From the NCBI GenBank assembly GCA_025350365.1, contig JANXXY010000188.1, positions 1 through 48,709 of the forward strand: a stretch of 48,709 nt of DNA, written 5' to 3'. A program made the position numbers and the translations under genes. The stretch is from Bacteroidales bacterium. Its GTDB lineage: Bacteria; Bacteroidota; Bacteroidia; Bacteroidales; JAAUTT01. This document shows, piece after piece, positions 28,901-37,793 of the stretch (positions are counted from its first letter, which is position 1; the number at the start of each line of letters is the position of its first letter). The notes under the pieces are model-generated. The model saw only the letters and a list, made by a program, of their open reading frames with translations, was not told where the DNA came from and did no database searches.

Positions 28901-29037
28901 ATGAAAAAAGGGTTAATATGCAGGTTTTAAATGAGCTTGTCCGTATAACCGATGCTAATGGTCAAACACCTTTAAAAGATAAAATAAATACCGTTTTCCA
29001 AGGGTACATGAGATCGTTTGCACCAACACAACAATAA
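25972..29037 (+). CDS. DUF2723 (TMEM260-like, glycosyltransferase-C fold) polytopic membrane protein with TPR-like C-terminus
   Basis: 1021 aa. The N-terminus [34 protein letters not shown] is the hallmark DUF2723 block. It has many TM helices followed by a large soluble region. Confidence 0.85.
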   Translation: [1021 protein letters not shown]

Positions 29038-29040
29038 ACA

Positions 29041-29658
29041 ATGTTTTGGGTAAAAATACCAGACTGGATTCAATACCTGTTTCCTCAATTAGTTTGGAAA
29101 TTACCGGAAACTGAAAGAACGATATATATTACTTTTGATGATGGTCCAACACCGGGAATTACTCCCTTGGTGTTGGACTTTCTTTTTCAATACAATGCAA
29201 AGGCTACATTTTTTTGTACCGGCTGGAAAGTTGTAAAACACCCAACATTAATTAACTCTATCCGGTTGGCTGGTCATGTCATAGGTAATCATGGCTATAA
29301 TCATACAAGCGGCTTTTGCTCTAAAACCAGGGAGTATAGTGCAGATGTACTCAAAGGAGCACTTGTAACTCAAAGCAATTTATTTCGACCGCCATTCGGG
29401 AGGATCATGCCTTGGCAGATAAAACATCTTAAGTCAAAATTCACCATTGTGTTGTGGAGTATTATGAGCATGGATTTTTCTTCAAAAATAAGCATCGAAA
29501 AATGTTATAAGAATGTAGTTGATAATGTATTCCCAGGAGCAATTATCGTTTTTCACGATACTGATCAGGCGTCGGCTCGTCTACTTAAGGTATTGCCTCA
29601 GCTTCTATCATTTTTGCAGAGTTGCGGATATGAGTTCAAGGCGTTAGACAATATATAA
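29041..29658 (+). CDS. polysaccharide deacetylase (NodB homology domain)
   Basis: 205 aa with the NodB motifs ITFDDGP, GNHGYNH and RPPFG. It starts 3 nt after the DUF2723 stop. Confidence 0.8.
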   Translation: MFWVKIPDWIQYLFPQLVWKLPETERTIYITFDDGPTPGITPLVLDFLFQYNAKATFFCTGWKVVKHPTLINSIRLAGHVIGNHGYNHTSGFCSKTREYSADVLKGALVTQSNLFRPPFGRIMPWQIKHLKSKFTIVLWSIMSMDFSSKISIEKCYKNVVDNVFPGAIIVFHDTDQASARLLKVLPQLLSFLQSCGYEFKALDNI

Positions 29659-29868
29659 ATAGCCAGAAATGCGCTAATAATTATTCATACACTCATGGGT
29701 ATTTGTTAAGCGATTTCTTGTTGGTTTTAATTATAAATTTGGGTTTCTTGTAAACTCAAATTACAAACATGAAGTCCTCCTACCGACAAAAATGATGGTT
29801 TTGCCGATTTTTTATTCGCAGGATGTACAACAAACCATAATTTTGAACTAAATTAACACACTAAGTAT

Positions 29869-30693
29869 ATGGAAACACGTAATTCAAAATATATGGACAG
29901 AAGAATACTACTTGGCGCACTTTTTATTTTTTTTGGAGGACTTTTTTTGTTGGAAGATACTGGCTGGTTAGGCTTTTCTCTTCATAACATCATTTTTTCA
30001 TGGCAAATGCTTCTCATTTTTATTGGTATTTTAAATGTTTCACACAAAAGGAATAGTTCATTTGGCGCGATACTGATAGCTGTGGGAACTATTTTCCTGA
30101 TACCCGAAATATTTAATATCTCCTATAATACTGATAAACTTTTCCTTCCTATTATTTTGGTTACTATTGGCGTAGTTATTCTATTTCACAAACGGCGAGG
30201 TCGACACGACTGGGAATCATGCAAAGGTTGGAAAGATAAGGATTATTGGAGAAATAAAGATAACTGGAGAAACTCAAATACGGACAATCAGAAACCGAAT
30301 GACTCGGGAGATAATTATGGCGGTTGGAATAAGACAAAAGATTCTACATCTGATTATCTTGATGAGGTAAATGTATTTGGCGGAAGCGAACGAAAGATCT
30401 ATTCTAAATCATTTCGCGGAGGTAAAGTAACTTCTATATTTGGTGGTTCTACCTACGATTTGCTGAATTGTGAGCTTGGTGACGGTAAAAACATGATCGA
30501 CGTGGTTAATATTTTTGGCGGTTCCAAACTTATCATTCCTGCCAATTGGAAAGTTCACGTGGAGGTGGTATCAATTTTTGGCGGATTTGTTGATAAACGG
30601 AGGGGACCTGCTATTTCTTTCGACGAAAATTCAAAAGAATTATATATTACAGGGGTCGCAATTTTTGGGGGTGGCGAAATAAATAGCATCTAA
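29869..30693 (+). CDS. LiaF-like / DUF2154-type membrane protein (cell-envelope stress module partner)
   Basis: 274 aa with four N-terminal TM helices (LLGALFIFFGGLFLL...) and a W/K/D/N-rich linker. The C-terminal domain repeats (V/I)FGG five times. Confidence 0.7.
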   Translation: METRNSKYMDRRILLGALFIFFGGLFLLEDTGWLGFSLHNIIFSWQMLLIFIGILNVSHKRNSSFGAILIAVGTIFLIPEIFNISYNTDKLFLPIILVTIGVVILFHKRRGRHDWESCKGWKDKDYWRNKDNWRNSNTDNQKPNDSGDNYGGWNKTKDSTSDYLDEVNVFGGSERKIYSKSFRGGKVTSIFGGSTYDLLNCELGDGKNMIDVVNIFGGSKLIIPANWKVHVEVVSIFGGFVDKRRGPAISFDENSKELYITGVAIFGGGEINSI

Positions 30694-30707
30694 TAAACTT
30701 CCCCCCA

Positions 30708-31760
30708 ATGGTGCATCCTGTTCTTCAAAAGAAAAAGTATTTGGTTTATTACCTTTTGGCATGGGCATTTATTGGAACTGTGCATGCAACGGTATTAAAT
30801 CATTTCTATGGATTTAATCATTTGATATCCTTTACGGATAGTTTTGTGTTTTATTCACTTTTCGGTATTATTGCTATCGGTTTGTGGTACACTGTAAAAT
30901 ACAGTGATATTAATAAAGCAAAGATAACAGACGTTATTTTCAATCACGGAGGAGCTGCTGCTCTAACTCTTGTTATCTGGTATCTGACAGGTTCTTTTTT
31001 ATTACGGCAGATTTTTGCCGATAACACTGAATATTTGAACTTTCTAAATGTTTCCATTCCCTGGAGACTCACAATCGGTGTGTTTCTGTATCTTTTGATT
31101 ATACTTATTTATTATCTGGTTATCTCGTACCGAAACCTTCAGGAAAAGATTTTAAATGAGGCAGAACTTAAATCTCTTGTAAAGGAAACTGAGCTAAGTT
31201 TGTTAAAATCGCAAATTAATCCTCATTTTCTATTTAATAGTTTAAATTCAATTAGTTCGTTAACTATTACAAATCCTGCCAAAGCACAGGAAATGATTAT
31301 CAAATTATCGGAATTTTTACGACATTCTATTGGGCATAAAGAGAGGCAAATGATTAGTCTGTCTGAAGAAATGGATCATATCCTGTTATACCTCGACATA
31401 GAAAAGGTGCGTTTTGGCGATCGGTTGGTTTATCGATTGGATATTAGCGAAAGTTGTAAAAATTTCGAAGTCCCAAACATGATTTTACAACCACTTTTTG
31501 AAAATGCCGTTAAACATGGAGTTTATGAGTCGTCCGACGAGGTTACTATTTCCTTTGTTTGCGAACCATGTATGGATGGAATAAAGCTCAAAATTTCGAA
31601 TAATTTCGATTTGGAAGCTGCACCCCGAATGGGAAACCGCATGGGAATAAAAAACATTATTAATCGCCTTCGACTTATCTATCAGCGTGAAGATTTGCTG
31701 AAAACCAACAAAAGCAATTCAATTTTTGAAGTAGAAATGATTTTACCAAAACTGACATGA
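30708..31760 (+). CDS. LytS/YehU-type sensor histidine kinase
   Basis: 350 aa with a polytopic N-terminus. It has the His_kinase block LKSQINPHFLFNSLNSISSL and HATPase_c (PNMILQPLFENAVKHG). Confidence 0.85.
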   Translation: MVHPVLQKKKYLVYYLLAWAFIGTVHATVLNHFYGFNHLISFTDSFVFYSLFGIIAIGLWYTVKYSDINKAKITDVIFNHGGAAALTLVIWYLTGSFLLRQIFADNTEYLNFLNVSIPWRLTIGVFLYLLIILIYYLVISYRNLQEKILNEAELKSLVKETELSLLKSQINPHFLFNSLNSISSLTITNPAKAQEMIIKLSEFLRHSIGHKERQMISLSEEMDHILLYLDIEKVRFGDRLVYRLDISESCKNFEVPNMILQPLFENAVKHGVYESSDEVTISFVCEPCMDGIKLKISNNFDLEAAPRMGNRMGIKNIINRLRLIYQREDLLKTNKSNSIFEVEMILPKLT

Positions 31761-32500
31761 TACGAGCCATAATTATAGAAGACGAGCAACCTGCCCGCGA
31801 TCTGATCAAACATTACTTAACTGCTCATTCCAACATTACTCTTTTGGGGGAATTTGCCGACGGTTTCTCTGGTTTAAAGGCCATTCAGGAATTGAAACCC
31901 GATTTGGTATTTCTTGATGTTCAGATGCCTAAACTTACTGGTTTTGAGCTGCTTGAACTGATTGATGAAACGCCCCGGATTATCTTTACCACTGCTTATG
32001 ATCAATTTGCCATACGTGCTTTTGAACTTAATGCGGTTGATTATTTGTTGAAACCTTATTCACAGGATCGATTTAATCAAGCCATTTTAAAAGCATTGGA
32101 AAGAACTCAAAAGGAACCACTTTCTCAAAATATAACCAAACTTACTGAGCATGTTTTGGAGAAACAGAACATCCTCGATAGGGTGGTGGTAAAAACTGGC
32201 AGCAAAATAAAAGTGATTCCTGTGGACCAGATTATTTATGTTGAATCGCAGGATGATTACGTGATGATATACATTGTGGAAGGAAAATACCTGAAACAAC
32301 AAACCATGAAGTATTTCGAGCAACACCTCGATCCAGGTAAATTTCTACGCATTCATCGGTCGTATATTGTGAATATCGATACCATCAAACAGTTGGAATT
32401 GTATGAAAAAAATTCATATCTTGCTATACTCTCCAATGGCGCTAAGCTTAAAGTCAGCGATAGTGGTTATAAAGCGTTGAAAAGCCTCATGAAGTTTTAA
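31757..32500 (+). CDS. LytR/AlgR-family response regulator (REC + LytTR DNA-binding domain)
   Basis: 247 aa. It shows IIIEDE...DLVFLDVQMP...K (REC) and FLRIHRSYIVN (LytTR). It shares an ATGA overlap with the kinase gene. Confidence 0.9.
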   Translation: MIRAIIIEDEQPARDLIKHYLTAHSNITLLGEFADGFSGLKAIQELKPDLVFLDVQMPKLTGFELLELIDETPRIIFTTAYDQFAIRAFELNAVDYLLKPYSQDRFNQAILKALERTQKEPLSQNITKLTEHVLEKQNILDRVVVKTGSKIKVIPVDQIIYVESQDDYVMIYIVEGKYLKQQTMKYFEQHLDPGKFLRIHRSYIVNIDTIKQLELYEKNSYLAILSNGAKLKVSDSGYKALKSLMKF

Positions 32501-32507
32501 AACGTCT

Positions 32508-34142
32508 TCACCGGATATGTTTGTTTATCATTTTAAACAATTCATCACGGTTTAATGGTTTGGTAATATAATCGTCGCATTTATACTCCATAGCTCTTTT
32601 GCGATCCTCGGGATAAGCATATGCTGTTTGTACAATAATGGGAATTGTGTTGTCTATGTCCCGCTTAATAATGCGTGATGCTTCTAATCCATTCATTTCC
32701 GGCATTTTAATATCCATAAGGATCAGATCAATATCCTCTGTTTTTTTGCAGACTTCGATTGCCTTAAGTCCATTTTCTGCATGTATCACAATAGCGCCAA
32801 GGTTTACAAGTATTTCATATAAATAGTGTAAATTGGAATCCTCGTCCTCAACCACAAGAATTTTTTTTCCTGTTAAATTGGTTTGTTGTATTGTGCCGTT
32901 AGCTTCCAAATTGTATGTATTATCTTTGGGTTTATAAACAATTGTAAAATAAAAATCGGATCCCTTGTCTGGCTCTGATTTTAGCCAGATTTTGCCACCG
33001 TGTAACTCTACAAATGCTTTAGAAATGGACAATCCTAAACCTGTTCCTCCATAAACATTTGTATCACTCTGGTCGGCCTGTCGAAAACGTTCGAAAATTA
33101 ACTCCTGAAATTCAGGTTTTATCCCAATGCCTGTATCAGAAACATAAAATTCAATAACGTCGTTTATAAGCCTGTACCCAAAATTAATTTCACCGTGTTT
33201 GGTGAATTTAATTGCATTAATAAGCAGGTTGTTTAATACCTGCCGGAGTTTAGTGTGGTCGGACACAATTTCGCAATCTATATCATTAAGCGTTTTGCCG
33301 GAATATAACTTCAGGCCTTTTTTTTCGGCAAATGGCCGAAAAAACATCTGCAATTCATCGATAAGAATATTCAGTGAAAACTTACTTTCACTCAAAGAAA
33401 TTTGACCCGATTCGATGCGGGAAATGTCAACTATATCATTGATAATTGACAAAAGTTGGTTACAACTATTATTTATAATTTCGACATATGACTTCCGGCT
33501 CTCATCGCCTACCGACTTATCCACCAGCAAACTTGCAAACCCGATGATCCCGTTCATTGGAGTTCTTATTTCATGGGAAATATTCGCCAGAAATGCGGTT
33601 TTCAATTTATCGCTTTCTTCGGCTTTGATTTTTGCATTTAAGAGTTCAACCTCTGTTTTTTTACGTTCGTTAATTTCCTGCTGAAGGCGCTCATTGGTAT
33701 CACACAACTCTGAGGTTCGTTCCTTCACCATAATCTCCAGTTGGGAACGGTATTTTTTCAATTCATCTTTCGATCTCTTTCTGAATATTGCATTTTCCAC
33801 TGTAACAGGCAACATCATCAGATAACTGCCCTGAATATCCTTGGTAAGATAGTCGTAAGCACCGGCTTTCATGGCCATAACAGCAGTTTCTTCGCTTCCC
33901 ATACCAGTAATAACGATGATCGGAACATCCTTTATAGTTTCTATTAGATCCATAACATTTCCATCGCCCAAATTGAAATCGGAAACGATACAATCAAACT
34001 TGGTTTCTATTGCCATTGATATTCCTTCGTTCAGGGAACAGGCAAGCTTGTAATCGAAATTGCACATGCTCTTTTTTGTTGACCTTTCAAAGGCCATTCT
34101 GTCGATGTAATCGTCTTCTATATAAAGAATTTTATATTCCAT
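32508..34142 (-). CDS. hybrid sensor kinase, REC - coiled coil - HisKA - HATPase_c - REC
   Basis: 544 aa. It has an N-terminal REC (ILYIEDD...DCIVSDFNLGDGN), the H-box ISHEIRTPMNGI, GGTGLGLSI and a C-terminal REC (ILVVEDE...LILMDIKMPEMNG). It has no TM segment. Confidence 0.9.
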   Translation of the reverse strand: MEYKILYIEDDYIDRMAFERSTKKSMCNFDYKLACSLNEGISMAIETKFDCIVSDFNLGDGNVMDLIETIKDVPIIVITGMGSEETAVMAMKAGAYDYLTKDIQGSYLMMLPVTVENAIFRKRSKDELKKYRSQLEIMVKERTSELCDTNERLQQEINERKKTEVELLNAKIKAEESDKLKTAFLANISHEIRTPMNGIIGFASLLVDKSVGDESRKSYVEIINNSCNQLLSIINDIVDISRIESGQISLSESKFSLNILIDELQMFFRPFAEKKGLKLYSGKTLNDIDCEIVSDHTKLRQVLNNLLINAIKFTKHGEINFGYRLINDVIEFYVSDTGIGIKPEFQELIFERFRQADQSDTNVYGGTGLGLSISKAFVELHGGKIWLKSEPDKGSDFYFTIVYKPKDNTYNLEANGTIQQTNLTGKKILVVEDEDSNLHYLYEILVNLGAIVIHAENGLKAIEVCKKTEDIDLILMDIKMPEMNGLEASRIIKRDIDNTIPIIVQTAYAYPEDRKRAMEYKCDDYITKPLNRDELFKMINKHIR

Positions 34143-34146
34143 TTGT

Positions 34147-34566
34147 TTACCCGTTAAAAGGAAGAGCGCTAAGTGTCCAATACAAATCGATGGTTCTTAC
34201 TACCTCAACAAATTGCTTATAATCAACAGGTTTTAGCATATAACCGGCAATGCCCAGCTTAAATGTTTCGAGGCGATCCTGATCGTCAAGTGAAGTAGTA
34301 AGAACTACAACGGGAATAGAGCGTATATGATCTAATTTGTAACGTGCCTGTAAAAATTCAATTCCATTCATTTTAGGCATATTCAGATCAAGAAGAATAA
34401 TGCATGGCAAGTCAGTCTGATTTTCGTTAAGATAATCCAAAGCCTCTTCGCCATTTGTAACTGCAATTATTTGATTACTAATGCTTAATTCTTTTAAAGC
34501 CCGTTGAATGGTCAAAGCATCAATTTTATCATCCTCGACGAGCAAAATAGGTTTTTTACTGTTCAT
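34147..34566 (-). CDS. single-domain response regulator (REC only)
   Basis: 139 aa. It shows ILLVEDD, IILLDLNMPKMNG and the conserved Lys context MLKP. Confidence 0.9.
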   Translation of the reverse strand: MNSKKPILLVEDDKIDALTIQRALKELSISNQIIAVTNGEEALDYLNENQTDLPCIILLDLNMPKMNGIEFLQARYKLDHIRSIPVVVLTTSLDDQDRLETFKLGIAGYMLKPVDYKQFVEVVRTIDLYWTLSALPFNG

Positions 34567-37001
34567 GTATTCTTTGTTTTAGGGAGTTTAAATTTAAACG
34601 TACTTCCTTTATCTTTCTCTGATTCAATCCAAATAGTACCTCCATAAAGTTCTACAATTTTTTTCACCAAAGCAAGACCCACTCCTGTACTTTCTTTCTC
34701 ATCTCTTGAAGTAAGTGTTTGAAATATCTGAAAAATTTTATCGAAGTACTTTTTGTCAATTCCCGGTCCATTATCAATTACATAAAACAATAATTCCTCA
34801 CCGTTCTCTTCATGTCCGATTTGTATATATCCAATGCTCTTATCCATAAACTTTATGGCATTACCTATAAGGTTTTGAAAAACCTGTCCAATCCGGATTT
34901 TATTAATCATCATTTCGGGTAATTGAGTAACAACCTCAATCGAAATATTCATTGGAGGTGAAAGCAAGTCAATAGTTTCTTTTACCACCTTTTTTATATC
35001 TACAAGTTCATCCTTTACAGCCTGTCTTCCAATACGGGAATATTGCAAAATAGCGTTAATGAGGCTTTCGAGCCGGTTTACTCTGCCTTTCATAAGCTCG
35101 ATCATTGCGAAACCTTCCTTGCCTAGCGCTTTAGCATAATCCATAATCAACCATTCCGCAAGCTGACTTATTCCTCGCAGAGGAGCCTTCAGATCGTGCG
35201 ATACAATATATGCAAATTCCGACAATTCTTTATTTATCATTTCAAACTGAACAGTTCTTTCAATCACCTTTTTTTCCAGATCAACATTTATATTTTTTAG
35301 TTTCTCTTCGGTATTTTTAAGATTAGTTATGTCGCTCATATATCCTTCCAGATACTGAATCTTGCCATTCTTTCGAATAGCATCGCCTACTTCTTCAATC
35401 CATATTATGGATCCGTTTGCATGTATTATTCTATAAATCAAATGAAATGGCAAATTTGCCGACAACGAATTATTAACTTCTGTATAAACCCTGTCTTTAT
35501 CATCAGGATGATATATATCAGCTAAACTTATTTCTTCATTATAAAACTGCTCTTTGGGATAGCCAACCAACTTATATATTGATTCGTTCATATAAATAGT
35601 TGTCCATTTTCTATCGTTTTTACACATGTAAATCACGCCCGTCAAATTTTCGGCCAACAACCTGAACTTTTCTTCACTCTCCACAAGTGCTTGATCTGAC
35701 TTTACCCGTTCCGAAATATCGGTAGAAACGCCAATTATACTTTCGATATTTCCGCGGCCGTCAAGCACTGGAGTAAATTGAGTTTCAAACACTATGTCGC
35801 CTATGTAAAGGTTTTGTTGGACCGATAATCCTGAAAGGGCCAGGTCTACCTTTCGGATAATGTTTGGATAATCCTTATAAATGTCTCTGAAAGCCTGACC
35901 AACAACCTCCCCGGGCTGCAGCCCAAGTTTTTCAAGTCCTTTACCGTCCGAGAAAGTAAAAACGCCTTCTTTATTAATAATAAATAAAACCAATGGGGCA
36001 TTGTGGATGATTGCTTTGAGACGTTGTTCGCTTTCAAAAAGGGCTTGTTCAGTTTTTTTCCGTTCGGTTATATCATCATAAGCGCCAAGTATGCCTATAA
36101 TTTCGCCTTTACTGTTTTTGAGGGGAACCTTACTGACATTCATCCAGCGCAGGCCTTTGTGATTAGTCTGAAGCTCTTCGTAATTTATTTTGGGTATGCC
36201 CGTTGTCATAATTTTTAAATCATCCAACCGGTAAATTTCTGCTTCAGCTGGGTCAAAACCAACATCAATTGCACTTATACCTATAACTTCCTTGGTTGAA
36301 TGTACGTTGGTATCACTTACAAATAAAGCATTGCCCCCCAACAGAATGGAATTTTTGTCCTTCCAGAATACCCGCACCGGAATACAATCTATAACAGCTT
36401 CTAGCATCCGCTGTGATTCATCTAAATCAATCTGCGCTCTTTTCCTTAATGTAATATCGCGGGAAGTTGAATGGATCTCAATAATGTGTCCATTTTTGTC
36501 GAATAAACTCTTAAGGATGGTTTCTACCCATACATAGTGTCCTTTTTTGTGCCTCATCCTATACTCTAATATATCCTCAACTGGATTTTTGAAAATGATG
36601 GCATGTGCATTTTTCACATATTGCACATCGTCAGGATGAAAATAATCATAAGGAATAGTTCCGATAAGCTCTTCAGGTTTATAGCCAAGAACTGATTCAA
36701 ATGATGGTGTGGCGTATAATATTGTGCCGTCGTAGGAATGTCTTGAAATAAGATCCGTTGAGTTTTCAGCCAGCAATCGAAAGTTATATTCTTTTTCTTC
36801 CGGATTGTCAAATTTTACTACTTCCCGGAGATGTTGGTTTTCCTTCCGAAGTTCACCTAGCTCTGTTTGCAATAACTGCAACTGCGCCTCTAATAGTTTG
36901 AATTTATCTGCCATCCCTATTGTTAATGCTACAATTAACAAATTAACTTTACTAAATGTACTAATTAAATTTAGATAATAAGAGAAAATCTTGTACCACA
37001 T
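34563..37001 (-). CDS. soluble multi-PAS sensor histidine kinase (about 4 PAS, HisKA, HATPase_c)
   Basis: The longest ORF is 812 aa. There are four PAS-like starts (LLAENSTDLI, MLEAVIDCIPV, LKAIIHNAPLV, RLLAENLTGVIY), the H-box VSHDLKAPLRGI and a G2 box STGVGLALV. The true start is more likely the internal ATG at 36914 (MADKFKLLEAQLQ...). Confidence 0.9.
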   Translation of the reverse strand: MWYKIFSYYLNLISTFSKVNLLIVALTIGMADKFKLLEAQLQLLQTELGELRKENQHLREVVKFDNPEEKEYNFRLLAENSTDLISRHSYDGTILYATPSFESVLGYKPEELIGTIPYDYFHPDDVQYVKNAHAIIFKNPVEDILEYRMRHKKGHYVWVETILKSLFDKNGHIIEIHSTSRDITLRKRAQIDLDESQRMLEAVIDCIPVRVFWKDKNSILLGGNALFVSDTNVHSTKEVIGISAIDVGFDPAEAEIYRLDDLKIMTTGIPKINYEELQTNHKGLRWMNVSKVPLKNSKGEIIGILGAYDDITERKKTEQALFESEQRLKAIIHNAPLVLFIINKEGVFTFSDGKGLEKLGLQPGEVVGQAFRDIYKDYPNIIRKVDLALSGLSVQQNLYIGDIVFETQFTPVLDGRGNIESIIGVSTDISERVKSDQALVESEEKFRLLAENLTGVIYMCKNDRKWTTIYMNESIYKLVGYPKEQFYNEEISLADIYHPDDKDRVYTEVNNSLSANLPFHLIYRIIHANGSIIWIEEVGDAIRKNGKIQYLEGYMSDITNLKNTEEKLKNINVDLEKKVIERTVQFEMINKELSEFAYIVSHDLKAPLRGISQLAEWLIMDYAKALGKEGFAMIELMKGRVNRLESLINAILQYSRIGRQAVKDELVDIKKVVKETIDLLSPPMNISIEVVTQLPEMMINKIRIGQVFQNLIGNAIKFMDKSIGYIQIGHEENGEELLFYVIDNGPGIDKKYFDKIFQIFQTLTSRDEKESTGVGLALVKKIVELYGGTIWIESEKDKGSTFKFKLPKTKNT

Positions 37002-37064
37002 CGTTGTTTTTCTTCACACTTTGTATGATTATTGTAACTTTGCCCGTTATTTTGAAATTTTTTC

Positions 37065-37757
37065 ATGATTAAATTAAAAACTCCAATTGTAATTGCCATT
37101 GATGGGCATTCATCGTGTGGGAAAAGCAGTTTTGCCAAAAACATTGCCTGTGAATTAAACTATCTTTATATCGATAGCGGCGCTATGTACCGCGCTTTTA
37201 CCTTATTCGCCATGCACCGCGGATTTCTGATGAATGGAATAGCTAATGATAGTGAGTTGGAAAAAAACATTCATAACATCAACATCGATTTTAAAAAAAC
37301 CTGCAATTCTGCTTATGAAACTTATTTGAATGGCGAAAATGTAGAAAATGCAATTCGAACAATGCCGGTATCCGAGAACGTAAGTGAAATAAGTAAGATA
37401 AAATCAGTTAGGTCGAGGCTTGTTGCATTGCAGCAAAAAATGGGCGAACGGAAGGAAATAGTGATGGATGGCCGTGACATAGGGACGGTTGTATTTCCAA
37501 ACGCCGAACTAAAACTTTTTATGACCGCCAACCTCGAAGTAAGAGCTCAACGCAGATATAATGAATTAATGGAAAAAGGCACTTCCGTTTTGTTATCCGA
37601 AGTACGTGACAATTTAGCTCAACGGGATTTTATTGATGAGAACCGCTTAGAGAGCCCGTTAAAAATGGCTGATGATGCTATAATATTAGATAATTCAAAC
37701 CTTACCCCCCTGCAACAAATGGAATGGTTTAAAAAATTAGTTGAAAAATTTGAATGA
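37065..37757 (+). CDS. cmk: cytidylate kinase
   Basis: 230 aa. It shows IAIDGHSSCGKSS (P-loop), YIDSGAMYRA and DGRDIGTVVFP. Confidence 0.9.
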   Translation: MIKLKTPIVIAIDGHSSCGKSSFAKNIACELNYLYIDSGAMYRAFTLFAMHRGFLMNGIANDSELEKNIHNINIDFKKTCNSAYETYLNGENVENAIRTMPVSENVSEISKIKSVRSRLVALQQKMGERKEIVMDGRDIGTVVFPNAELKLFMTANLEVRAQRRYNELMEKGTSVLLSEVRDNLAQRDFIDENRLESPLKMADDAIILDNSNLTPLQQMEWFKKLVEKFE

Positions 37758-37793
37758 TGCTGTTTGAAAACACAGTTTTAATATCTTTGTGCG

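Noticed and set aside
36915-37001. 29-residue N-terminal extension of the PAS kinase (MWYKIFSYYLNLISTFSKVNLLIVALTIG)
   Set aside because: It might be a real membrane anchor. However, the internal ATG at 36914 starts a clean coiled coil (MADKFKLLEAQLQ), and the extension reaches to within about 60 nt of the divergent cmk start. I report the full ORF coordinates and leave the start unresolved.
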